Assembly (NCBI GenBank): GCA_039586365.1
Contig: JBDHKN010000063.1
Location: 1-40,050, forward strand
Direction of reading: 5' to 3'
From: Gemmatimonadota bacterium
Lineage (GTDB): Bacteria > Gemmatimonadota > Gemmatimonadetes > Gemmatimonadales > GWC2-71-9
DNA length: 40,050 bases
In this document: positions 28,042-36,368 of the stretch, in pieces
Position numbering within the stretch: position 1 is the stretch's first letter
How the letters are laid out: each line of letters opens with the position of its first letter
Translations under genes and position numbers: made by a program
The notes under the pieces: model-generated
What the model was told of the DNA's origin: nothing
Database searches by the model: none
Seen by the model: only the letters and a program-made list of their open reading frames with translations

Positions 28042-28263
28042 CTACCGGCCGTAGCCCTTGATGTACGGCAGCAGCGCTATAAGACGCGCCCGCTTGATAG
28101 CTCGCGACAGCTGTCGCTGGTGACGCGCGCACATCCCGGACAGGCGACTAGGCAGAATCTTGCCGCGCTCCGTGGTGAAGCGGAACAGCATACGCTCGTC
28201 CTTGTAGTCCACCACCCTGATTCCTGCCTCGCACACCGGACATGTCTTGCTGGGCCGCGGCAT
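28042..28263 (-). CDS. rpsR: 30S ribosomal protein S18 (Zn-binding type)
   Basis: CPVC, DYKD, GKILPSR, CARHQR, IKRAR..ALLPY. Confidence 0.97.
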   Translation of the reverse strand: MPRPSKTCPVCEAGIRVVDYKDERMLFRFTTERGKILPSRLSGMCARHQRQLSRAIKRARLIALLPYIKGYGR

Positions 28264-28670
28264 TATTCCTTCTCCTCCGGCTCTTCCGTCGGTTCATCCT
28301 CATCGAGCGGCTCGTCGTCCTCATCGTCCTCCACCGCAGGTTGTATTGCAGGGACTGCGGCTGGTACGGGTGCCAGTCCTTCGTTGATGACAAGCAGGTA
28401 GCGCAGTACTCCCTCGTCCAGCTTGATAGCGCGCTCGAATTCATCGAGGACTTCTGGGTCAGTCTCGAACTGCGCCACCACGTAATTGCCCAGCTCTTTG
28501 TTCTTGATGGGATACGCCATGGTGCGCTTACCCCAGTTATGGAGACTGGTGATCGGCTCTGGGTGTTCCGGGTTCTTGAGGAGTGCGTGGAACCGGTCGA
28601 GACGCTCATTGATTTCCGGTTCCTCGAGGGCGCTGTCAAAGATGTATACGACCTCGTACGGACGGGCCAT
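28263..28670 (-). CDS. rpsF: 30S ribosomal protein S6 with acidic tail
   Basis: [33 protein letters not shown] before ATG 28670. Confidence 0.96.
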   Translation of the reverse strand: MARPYEVVYIFDSALEEPEINERLDRFHALLKNPEHPEPITSLHNWGKRTMAYPIKNKELGNYVVAQFETDPEVLDEFERAIKLDEGVLRYLLVINEGLAPVPAAVPAIQPAVEDDEDDEPLDEDEPTEEPEEKE

Positions 28671-28725
28671 GACACCTCCTGTGGACAAGTTGACCCCGCC
28701 CTCTAGCGGGACGGAGTAGGTGGTG
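28671..28725 (-). promoter_or_regulatory. rpsF leader RNA (S6:S18-binding cis-regulator candidate)
   Basis: Minus strand CACCTACTCC-GT-CCCGC-TAGAGG-GCGGG-...TCCACA-GGAGGTG: anti-SD pairing plus inner hairpin and unpaired CC. Confidence 0.6.
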
Positions 28726-28770
28726 ATCGAACCGTAAAATGTACCCAGGGCCACGACCACAGGGTACCCC

Positions 28771-28850
28771 CGCCCTTTGCCGCCTTCTACCGCCCTTTAC
28801 CGCCCTTTCCCGCCCTTTACCGCCTTCTACCGCCCTTTCCCGCCCTTTCC
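28771..28850. repeat. 10-bp tandem array, 8 degenerate units of CGCC(C/T)T(T/C)T(A/C/G)C
   Basis: Directly visible between the ychF stop and the rpsF leader. Confidence 0.95.
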
Positions 28851-28851
28851 C

Positions 28852-29952
28852 TCATACATTGAACCTGAACAACAACACATCCCCATCGCGCACCACATAG
28901 TCCTTCCCTTCGCTCCTGATCAGACCGTCTTCTCTGGCATTCTTGTAGGATCCCGCGGCAACGAAATCGTCCACCAAGACCGCTTCCGCGCGGATGAAGC
29001 CGCGCTGGAAGTCCGAGTGGATCCTTCCGGCTGCATCGTATGCCGTGGTGCCAACTGGTACGGTCCAGGCCCGCACCTCTTTTTCGCCCACGACGGTGAA
29101 GAACGTCTCGAGCTGGAGCAGTCGGAAACACGCGGCCACGAAGCGGTCCAGGCAGGGTTGCTCGAGTCCCACGCTGGACAGGAATTCCGCGCGCTCAGAT
29201 CCTTCCAGTTCGAGCAACTCGGCCTCGAACTGGGCGGAGAACGGAATCACGGCGGCGGCCTCGTCGTAGCGACATGCCGCCTCACGCAGTTCGGTCACCG
29301 CCTCGATGTCGCTCCGTCCAATATCGTGCTCGGCGATGTTGGCCGTGTAGATGACGGGAAGTGCTGTGAGAACGCCGAGCGTGCGACACAGCCGAGCCTC
29401 TGCATCGCTGTGGATCGCTGCCCGGGCTCCGCGGCCGGCGTCGAGTTCCGCAACGAGGCGCTCGAGGAATTCCTCCTCTTCGCGGGCATGCTGGTCTCCC
29501 GAGCGAGCCGCTCTGGCGACCTTGTCCTGGTGACGCTCCACTACAGCGAGATCGGCGAGGGCCAACTCTGTGGCAATTATGGCGTGGTCGCGGGCGGGAT
29601 CGACAGTGCCCATGACGTGGGTCACGTCAGGTTCCTCAAAACACCGCACGACGTGCGTGATGGCGTCGACGTCACGAATGTGCCCCAGGAACTGGTTGCC
29701 GAGGCCCTCTCCGTGACTGGCGCCTTGCACCAACCCGGCAATGTCCACGAACTCGATAGTGGCGTGGGTTACTTGGGGTAACTTCACAACTGCGGCCAGC
29801 CGTTCGAGCCGGGGATCGGGTACCGCGACCACTCCGACGTTCGGGTCGACGGTGCAGAAGGGGTAGTTCGCTGCCGGTGCGCCCGCGGAGGTGAGAGCGT
29901 TGAACAGGGTGGACTTGCCGACGTTAGGTAGACCGATAATGCCGATGCGCAT
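28852..29952 (-). CDS. ychF: Redox-regulated ATPase YchF
   Basis: [60 protein letters not shown]. Confidence 0.98.
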   Translation of the reverse strand: MRIGIIGLPNVGKSTLFNALTSAGAPAANYPFCTVDPNVGVVAVPDPRLERLAAVVKLPQVTHATIEFVDIAGLVQGASHGEGLGNQFLGHIRDVDAITHVVRCFEEPDVTHVMGTVDPARDHAIIATELALADLAVVERHQDKVARAARSGDQHAREEEEFLERLVAELDAGRGARAAIHSDAEARLCRTLGVLTALPVIYTANIAEHDIGRSDIEAVTELREAACRYDEAAAVIPFSAQFEAELLELEGSERAEFLSSVGLEQPCLDRFVAACFRLLQLETFFTVVGEKEVRAWTVPVGTTAYDAAGRIHSDFQRGFIRAEAVLVDDFVAAGSYKNAREDGLIRSEGKDYVVRDGDVLLFRFNV

Positions 29953-30030
29953 TGGGGCGCTCAGGTGAATGGACGTTCAGCTCTTCAGATGGGGATGATA
30001 ACTCCTCGGCCGCAGCCAGGCACCCAGTGA

Positions 30031-30615
30031 TCAATCGCTCGGCTGATCTCGACGGTTGTAGCGATTCATGGCGACCTCAATACCTTCCCGTACCCAACAG
30101 TCCACGGCCTCGACCAGAGTCGGCATGATTGCAGCGAGGGTCTCTGATTCGGACTTCTCGAACGAGGAGAGCACAAACTCTGCCGGATCGATCTCATCTT
30201 CAGGCAGCGGGCCGATCCCGATCCGCAGCCGGCAGTACTCCTGCGTGTCGAGTCGGTCCTCGACGCTCTGTAGGCCGTTGTGCCCGCCAGCAGATCCGCG
30301 CGCCCGCAGTCGAAAAATACCCAGGGGAAGGGCAAACTCATCCACCAGGACGAGCATGTCCCGGGAGACATCGAAGCTGGGCTCGGCTGCGAGCGGGCCG
30401 AGTGCTTCCCCGCTTCGATTCATGAAAGTCTGGGGCTTTACTATCGCTACCTGTTCGTGGCCGACGACTCCATTGGTAACCAGCGCCCGTCCCACACGGC
30501 GGAACTTGGGAAGCCGCCACCACTTCGCCAACACATCGCCCAGGATGAACCCGGCGTTGTGTCTGGTGTTCGCGTACGCGGGGCCTGGATTGCCCAGCGC
30601 GACGGCGGCGCGCAG
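30031..30615 (-). CDS. pth: Peptidyl-tRNA hydrolase (probable CTG start)
   Basis: LGNPG..YANTRHNAGF upstream of the ORF-track start, KPQTFMNRSG, GGHNGL, RLRIGIG. Confidence 0.95.
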   Translation of the reverse strand: MRAAVALGNPGPAYANTRHNAGFILGDVLAKWWRLPKFRRVGRALVTNGVVGHEQVAIVKPQTFMNRSGEALGPLAAEPSFDVSRDMLVLVDEFALPLGIFRLRARGSAGGHNGLQSVEDRLDTQEYCRLRIGIGPLPEDEIDPAEFVLSSFEKSESETLAAIMPTLVEAVDCWVREGIEVAMNRYNRRDQPSD

Positions 30616-30618
30616 TGG

Positions 30619-31305
30619 TTATTCCTCTGGTTCTGTGCTCTTGCGTTCGCCTTCGTCGGCCTCTCCCTCAACCCTTGGCTTCCGGATGAGTTCCGGCTCG
30701 AGCATCTCCTCCACTTCCTCTTCGGGTACAACCACAGGCTCGGCCTCGACGACCCGCGGCGGAACGACAGTGCAAACCGTCGCATCCAGGTCTTCCAGAA
30801 CTTCCGCATCTGGTACTGCGATGTCCCGCACGTGAATGGAGTGACCTACGGTCAAGTGCTGCACGTCCACGTCGATGTGATCGGGCATGTTCTTGGGCAG
30901 CACTCTAATCTCCAGCTCGCGCATGATCTGGTCGAGGACCCCACCCTGATTGCGCACCCCCTCCGGTGAGCCGACCAACCGGATGGGAGACCGCACGGTG
31001 AGTTGCTCCCCGGCATGGACCTCGAGGAAATCGACGTGCATGATGTTGAGGCGTGTCGGATGCCGCTGGATCTCACGGACCAGCGCCTGCACCTTCTTGG
31101 TGCCGAGTTTCAGCTCGATAACCGTCGAGCCGCCTGCTCCTGCGAGCATCTTTTCCAGTTCGGCCTGAGGTATTTTCAACGACTCTGGTTCCCGACCGTG
31201 ACCATAGATCACTCCAGGGATTTCGCCGCGTCTGCGCAGTTCGCGGGCGGCACCGGTGCCGGTCGCACTGCGGGGCTCTACTTTGAGAGTGACTGACTGT
31301 GCCAT
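30619..31305 (-). CDS. rplY: 50S ribosomal protein L25/Ctc (long form)
   Basis: IPGVIYG, EIQRHP, HVDF, GVRNQGG, acidic tail. Confidence 0.96.
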   Translation of the reverse strand: MAQSVTLKVEPRSATGTGAARELRRRGEIPGVIYGHGREPESLKIPQAELEKMLAGAGGSTVIELKLGTKKVQALVREIQRHPTRLNIMHVDFLEVHAGEQLTVRSPIRLVGSPEGVRNQGGVLDQIMRELEIRVLPKNMPDHIDVDVQHLTVGHSIHVRDIAVPDAEVLEDLDATVCTVVPPRVVEAEPVVVPEEEVEEMLEPELIRKPRVEGEADEGERKSTEPEE

Positions 31306-31329
31306 TGTGCTTCTTCCTACGATCTCGGA

Positions 31330-32283
31330 TCAGTTGAATAGCGAACTGACTGACTGATCGCTGTGGGTGAATCGAATCGCCTGGGCAAGCAACTGGGCGA
31401 TAGACAGAATCTTGAGACGATCGAAGCGGCATTCCTCTGGTATCCACCTCGTGTTGGTCACCGCCACTTCATCAATCGGGGCCGAACTCAAGCGGTCGAC
31501 GGCCGGTCCGGAGAGCAGCGCGTGGGTGGCGCAGCAATACACCGCCCGCGCACCTAGACGGTGCAGGGCATGCGCGGCTTCTGCCATCGTGCCTGCAGTA
31601 TCGATCAGATCGTCCGTCACCAGGCAGTCCCGGCCCTCTACCTCTCCGACCACGTTGACCACCTCGGCGATGTTGGCCGACGGCCGCCGCTTGTCGATTA
31701 TCGCGAGTGAGGCGTCGAGTCGCCGGGCAAAGCCGCGCGCCATCTTGGCCGCGCCTACGTCAGGCGCGACTACCACTGGATCGTGCAGTCGCTTCTGGCG
31801 GTAGTGCTGAACCAGAATAGGTGCGGCATACAGGTGGTCTACCGGTATGTCGAAGAATCCCTGGAGCTGGTGTTGATGGAAATCCATCGTCAGCAGCCGA
31901 TCGGTCCCAGCCGTTGCAATGACGTTGGCTAGCAGCTTGGCGCTGATTGCCACCCGCGGCTGATCCTTGCGATCCTGGCGTCCGTACCCATAGTACGGCA
32001 CGACTGCGGTCACGCGAGCCGCGCTGGCACGAGTAGCTGCGTCGATCAAGAGCAGCAACTCGAGAATGTTCTCTGCCGGCGGGCACGTGGGCTGGACGAT
32101 GAATACATCCTGTCCGCGCACGTTCTCGTCGATCTTTACGAATATCTCCCCGTCGGCAAACCGCCGGATCGTAACCTGACAAAGCGGTTGCTCTAGGCGG
32201 TCTGCTATCTCCTGGGCGAGCGGCTGGTTGGCTGTACCCGACATCAGGAGCATCTTGCTCGAGGTAAGTGATATATCGGCCAT
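31330..32283 (-). CDS. prs: Ribose-phosphate pyrophosphokinase
   Basis: FADGE, PYYGYGRQDRK, VVAPDVG, DDLIDTAGT. Confidence 0.98.
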   Translation of the reverse strand: MADISLTSSKMLLMSGTANQPLAQEIADRLEQPLCQVTIRRFADGEIFVKIDENVRGQDVFIVQPTCPPAENILELLLLIDAATRASAARVTAVVPYYGYGRQDRKDQPRVAISAKLLANVIATAGTDRLLTMDFHQHQLQGFFDIPVDHLYAAPILVQHYRQKRLHDPVVVAPDVGAAKMARGFARRLDASLAIIDKRRPSANIAEVVNVVGEVEGRDCLVTDDLIDTAGTMAEAAHALHRLGARAVYCCATHALLSGPAVDRLSSAPIDEVAVTNTRWIPEECRFDRLKILSIAQLLAQAIRFTHSDQSVSSLFN

Positions 32284-32310
32284 GGCAGCCGTGAAAGCTA
32301 CTTACAGACT

Positions 32311-32372
32311 AGAGGGCGGTAAAGGGCGGTAGAAGGCGGTACAGGGCGGTAGAAGGCGGTACAGGGCGGTAG
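32311..32372. repeat. 10-bp tandem array, 6 units of AN(A)(G/A)GGCGGT, reverse complement of the 28771-28850 family
   Basis: AGAGGGCGGT AAAGGGCGGT AGAAGGCGGT ACAGGGCGGT AGAAGGCGGT ACAGGGCGGT. Confidence 0.95.
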
Positions 32373-32443
32373 CGTAGCTGGAGTGAGTTGAGACAGGGTG
32401 AGGTCCCGGGGCAGGACGAGGTTCAATACCGGCGGGAACAAGG

Positions 32444-32471
32444 TTGCCATCCTGCTCGATCCTGCTATGTT
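32444..32471 (+). promoter_or_regulatory. Putative promoter for the disulfide reductase
   Basis: TTGCCA-16 nt-TATGTT with TGn extended -10. Confidence 0.5.
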
Positions 32472-32474
32472 CGG

Positions 32475-32544
32475 CCCGGCTCCCGGCTCCCGGCTCCCGG
32501 CTCCCGGCTCCCGGCTCCCGGCTCCCGGCTCCCGGCTCCCGGCT
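32475..32544. repeat. Perfect heptamer tandem repeat (CCCGGCT)x10
   Basis: Directly counted, 70 bp. Confidence 0.97.
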
Positions 32545-32561
32545 CAAACTTCGGAGCGCAC

Positions 32562-33953
32562 ATGACCAAGCCGCAACATTTCGATGCCATCGTGATCGGA
32601 GCGGGGCAGGGGGGTGGGCCGCTAGCCGCAGGACTAGCGAGGGCTGGATGGAACACTGCGCTCGTAGAGCGCGAGCACGTAGGGGGTACCTGCGTGAACG
32701 TTGGCTGCACGCCGACCAAGACGATGGTCGCCAGCGCCAGGGTGGCCCACTTGGCCCGCAGGGCGAACGACTACGGGGTGCGGGCCGGCCCGGTATCCGT
32801 GGATCAGTCGGTCGTTCGTCAACGCAAAAGAGCCATCGTCGAGAGCTTTAGATCCGGTAGCCGGAGAGGGCTGGAGCGGTGGGAGCAACTCGAGTTGATA
32901 ATGGGTGAGGCTCGCTTCGCCGCACCCAACGAAGTGACAGTTGAACTCGACGATGGCGCTACCCTGCTGCTCTCCGGCGACAAGATCTTCATCAATACGG
33001 GAACTCGTGCTCGCGTGCCCGACATCCCGGGGCTCGGCTCGGTCCCCTACCTGACCTCCACGTCGGTCATGGAACTGGCGGCGGTACCCCAGCACCTCGC
33101 AGTTCTCGGTGGTGGCTACATCGGCCTGGAGTTTGGCCAGATGTTCCGACGGTTCGGCAGTGATGTGACCCTGATTCACAGGCGGAAGCATCTGCTTCCC
33201 CGCGAGGATGCGGACGTCTCCGAGGAAGTGGCCAACATCGTGCGGAATGACGGGCTGGGGCTGTTCCTGGACACGCAGGCGAAGCGGGTGTCGCGAGTGA
33301 ATGGGGGAGTCCAAATCGCGGTGCAGGGACCGGAAGGGGATCACACGGTAGCGGCGTCCCACCTTCTGGTGGCGGCCGGACGCGTACCGAACACCGACCG
33401 ACTGGATCTCACCGCCGCTGGACTCGAAACCGATGAGAATGGCTTTATACCGGTGAACGAGCGTCTCGAGACGAGAGTGCAGGGCGTTTACGCCCTCGGC
33501 GACGTCAAGGGCGGACCGGCGTTCACTCACATCGCCTACGACGACTACCGGATTCTCCGAACCAATCTACTCGATGGGGGGAATGCCACCACCGAGGGAC
33601 GCTACGTACCCTACACCGTCTTCATCGACCCACAACTGGGCCGTGTGGGTTTGAGTGAGCGTCAAGCACAGTCTCTGGGGTTGGATTTCCACGTGGCCAA
33701 AATGCCGCTGACACGCGTCGCCCGCGCGCTCGAGGTAGATGAGACCCGGGGATTCATGAAGGTCTTGGTCGACGCCCAAGACGGGACGATACTCGGTTGT
33801 GCCATTCTGAGTATCGAAGGTGGTGAAATCATGTCGCTGATCCAGATCGCGATGATGGGAGGACTGCACTATACCGCGCTGCGCGACGCCACCTTCGCGC
33901 ACCCCACGCTGGCGGAGTCGCTCAACAGCCTCTTCGCGCAGCTGGACACCTAG
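32562..33953 (+). CDS. Pyridine nucleotide-disulfide oxidoreductase (MerA-like/RclA-like)
   Basis: GAGQGG FAD site, [13 protein letters not shown] redox disulfide, [17 protein letters not shown] 32562 after GGAG. Confidence 0.93.
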   Translation: MTKPQHFDAIVIGAGQGGGPLAAGLARAGWNTALVEREHVGGTCVNVGCTPTKTMVASARVAHLARRANDYGVRAGPVSVDQSVVRQRKRAIVESFRSGSRRGLERWEQLELIMGEARFAAPNEVTVELDDGATLLLSGDKIFINTGTRARVPDIPGLGSVPYLTSTSVMELAAVPQHLAVLGGGYIGLEFGQMFRRFGSDVTLIHRRKHLLPREDADVSEEVANIVRNDGLGLFLDTQAKRVSRVNGGVQIAVQGPEGDHTVAASHLLVAAGRVPNTDRLDLTAAGLETDENGFIPVNERLETRVQGVYALGDVKGGPAFTHIAYDDYRILRTNLLDGGNATTEGRYVPYTVFIDPQLGRVGLSERQAQSLGLDFHVAKMPLTRVARALEVDETRGFMKVLVDAQDGTILGCAILSIEGGEIMSLIQIAMMGGLHYTALRDATFAHPTLAESLNSLFAQLDT

Positions 33954-33970
33954 TCGCCGCCGGCCGCGCT

Positions 33971-33991
33971 CGTCAATCGTCAGTCGTCAAT
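33971..33991. repeat. Short heptamer repeat CGTCA(A/G)T x3
   Basis: CGTCAAT CGTCAGT CGTCAAT between convergent genes. Confidence 0.7.
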
Positions 33992-34005
33992 CAACCCCCG
34001 CTCCC

Positions 34006-34977
34006 TCACCTCATAATCAGCGGAAACGGCACTCCAATGGAGAGCGAGGCGACGAACCGGTCAGCGAGCTCGGGTACCACCCCGTTGGCGTCGAAGGCGT
34101 CATTGTAGCCGAACAGGAGCGTGACGATTGACTGACCCGGGTAGGCGGCGGGCACAACTGCTACACCCAGCGCGAAGTTGGCCGCTGCGCTCGAGTTCTC
34201 TATCAAGTCAACTGATGCAGCACTCACGAGCGCCAGCACAGGGAGCGACCCGGCCGCCCCGAGAGTCGCAGCTCTGAGCGTCAGGTCGGCACGCAGGTGG
34301 CCGGCCCACAGGTCGGGTAGCGGTCCGAACTCCCGCAAGTAGCGATCGCTGCAGACGAGATTGTTGAACCGTGGTCCTGGCAAGCAGATCTCTTGCGGCA
34401 GATCGCTCCCCGGTGAGCCCAGTTCCCGGCGAGCCTCGGCTAGCAGACCCACGGCCGTCCCCGGTCCAAACGCGTGGTTGTATCCCAGGCCGCCGACTAG
34501 ATCCCGCTGCAGCCGTTCCTCGAAGTGCAGCACGGTCGTATCGGTGTTCACCTCGACGATCCTCAGCTCATGAGTCCCGTACCCGGCGGTGAGGTACACA
34601 ATATCGTAGCCGTACCCGCTTTGCCGTATCGTGTATGATACTCGGCCCCCTACCGTCACTCCCGGGGTGAAATCGAAATTGGAGAACAGGCTGGTCTCAC
34701 CCGTTCGTGCCGACGCCGTAGCGTACGCGGCAAAGCCGAGCCCCCCGCCCTGGCACTCGCCGTAGTAACAGCGCGTAGCTGGTTCCGCCACGAACGTGAG
34801 ACCGAGCCGGGCCTCGGCGAAGCCCATATTGAATAGGCCGTATTCCCGAGGAATCACCGAGGTGTGGGAATTCGCGGCCTTGTAGGCCGTCTGGCCGGCC
34901 AGCGTGGGCCCCACGAGCAACAGGGCTGCGATGGCCAAACCGATCACGGTAGAACGGCCACGCGGCTCCCACTGCAC
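34006..34977 (-). CDS. Hypothetical exported protein, possibly an outer-membrane beta-barrel
   Basis: Signal-like N-terminus (VIGLAIAALLLVGPTLAGQ), amphipathic beta-like segments; start uncertain (GTG 34977 chosen). Confidence 0.6.
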   Translation of the reverse strand: MQWEPRGRSTVIGLAIAALLLVGPTLAGQTAYKAANSHTSVIPREYGLFNMGFAEARLGLTFVAEPATRCYYGECQGGGLGFAAYATASARTGETSLFSNFDFTPGVTVGGRVSYTIRQSGYGYDIVYLTAGYGTHELRIVEVNTDTTVLHFEERLQRDLVGGLGYNHAFGPGTAVGLLAEARRELGSPGSDLPQEICLPGPRFNNLVCSDRYLREFGPLPDLWAGHLRADLTLRAATLGAAGSLPVLALVSAASVDLIENSSAAANFALGVAVVPAAYPGQSIVTLLFGYNDAFDANGVVPELADRFVASLSIGVPFPLIMR

Positions 34978-35015
34978 CTTCGCCTCACCACGGTGCTGGA
35001 TTGATGCTTCCTGAA

Positions 35016-35897
35016 TCAAGCTCCACCCCGCTGCCGCAATTGACCCACTCTGGTCCAGATCGCGATCACGCCACACTGAGTCTCGATACTGGTCCCGCCA
35101 AACTTCACCGGTACCTGCGATCCGCTGCGGTACACCTCTATGCCTGCGATGTCAAACGGCTGGACTATCTCGTCGATGCTGGGCTCTTCCACGGTGTTCC
35201 CGATGTCGGGATTCTGATCTGGGTCGAACGTCCGCTCGAGGTTGCCCCAATCATCCACCCCTGCCGGCCGCGAATCACCGCGATTGTAGATGATGCCGTC
35301 CACGAATATCCGTGGCCGGCAAATACCGCCGCGGGATAGGCTACTGCCCCGCATCTGCACGGCAAGGCGGCCAAACGGGTCGCCGGTCGGCACCAGGCGG
35401 ACGCCCGGTATCGCCGCGAGCACGTCCGTCACCTTGCTGCCGGCGCGTCTCTCGATGTCCTCCCGGGTGATGAAGTGCCCGAAATTGACTCGCTGCCGCT
35501 GGTAGAAGCCTGACAGTTCCAGATACCGCTGGGTGGCTCGAGCCGATACCTCCACCGGATCCAGCGCGACGGCTAAGGACCGGAGGTGATACAACGAGGT
35601 CCAGTCGTCGTCTTGTCTGAGTTCAAGAGGCCCGTCGATCCAGGGCTGATAGCCCAGTCGCTTCGCCTCTACAAAGAAGAAACCCGGCCCCGGTGCCGTG
35701 ATCCACCAGTTGCCGTTCTCGTCGGTGACGGCCGTTGCCACTGTTGCTCCGTCTTCGGTCAACAGCGTGATGATCCCGGAAGCGATCGGCTCGTCGGAGT
35801 CGACGTCGAGCAAACGACCGTGCAGGCGCTGCGCCGCCGCCTCGGGGGCGACCGAGGCGGCTATGAACACCAGTAGGACTAGGACTCGCCCTAACAC
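35016..35897 (-). CDS. Secreted carboxypeptidase-regulatory-like domain + TonB-receptor plug-like domain protein (no barrel)
   Basis: GRLLDVDSDEPI, KRLGY, LDPVEV, FITREDIE, AIPGV, C.PRIFVDG, IAGIEVYR, CGVIAIWTR; start uncertain. Confidence 0.8.
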   Translation of the reverse strand: MLGRVLVLLVFIAASVAPEAAAQRLHGRLLDVDSDEPIASGIITLLTEDGATVATAVTDENGNWWITAPGPGFFFVEAKRLGYQPWIDGPLELRQDDDWTSLYHLRSLAVALDPVEVSARATQRYLELSGFYQRQRVNFGHFITREDIERRAGSKVTDVLAAIPGVRLVPTGDPFGRLAVQMRGSSLSRGGICRPRIFVDGIIYNRGDSRPAGVDDWGNLERTFDPDQNPDIGNTVEEPSIDEIVQPFDIAGIEVYRSGSQVPVKFGGTSIETQCGVIAIWTRVGQLRQRGGA

Positions 35898-36266
35898 AGA
35901 CCTTGCGGCTCCTCGTGGAGACTCTCGGTGTTGGTCATCGTCCCGCGCGCGGTGGCCATAATAGGTATGCCAAGAACTTAAACAAAAATAGGTCACACCG
36001 CAGCCGGCCCGCCAGCCGTGTTATGGTCACCTCATATCTCTGTCCGAATTGGCCCGGGCTTTGTGATGTGCCCTTGGCGTTTGCTACCCGTCAGGCAGCA
36101 ATCGGGTTCCTGTCGGTGGAACATTGGACGTCGAACAGGCAATGCAGAGCCTCAAAGTGGGGGCCGGCTCCTGATTCCGCTTTCCTGCTCGGCAGCTCTG
36201 CTCTCAGAGCCCCGCGGGACCCTCCGCATGAGCGCCGCGAGCCGGCCCTACCAGGCCGGAACAACA

Positions 36267-36299
36267 GAAAAGGTGGCAGGCAACCTGCGCCTGCCACCT
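36267..36299 (-). terminator. Intrinsic terminator after susD
   Basis: 11-bp stem AGGTGGCAGGC/GCCTGCCACCT followed by TTTCTGTTGTT on the minus strand. Confidence 0.8.
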
Positions 36300-36368
36300 C
36301 ACCTTTCTCCCACTGATACTACTTTGATCGGCCGCTGCGACTACTTGCAGCGGCGCGACATGCCTGCG

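Noticed and set aside
28771..28850. Tandem arrays as a CRISPR array
   Set aside because: Units are contiguous 7- or 10-mers with no spacers, and no cas genes are present
28777..29781. 334-aa plus-strand ORF
   Set aside because: Antisense shadow of ychF that begins in the tandem repeat; no recognisable motifs
30068..30969. Plus-strand ORFs of 255 and 229 aa
   Set aside because: Antisense to pth/rplY; typical GC-rich shadow frames
32415..32436. GGTTCAATACC resembling a tRNA T-loop upstream of prs
   Set aside because: No 5-bp T stem, acceptor stem or anticodon arm can be built
32388..32561. PGSRLPA-repeat N-terminal extension of the reductase and the REPGAGS ORF
   Set aside because: Translation products of the heptamer repeat; family homology starts at ATG 32562
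35957..35973. Sigma54-like TGGCATA on the minus strand
   Set aside because: The -12 position reads TTAT instead of TTGC
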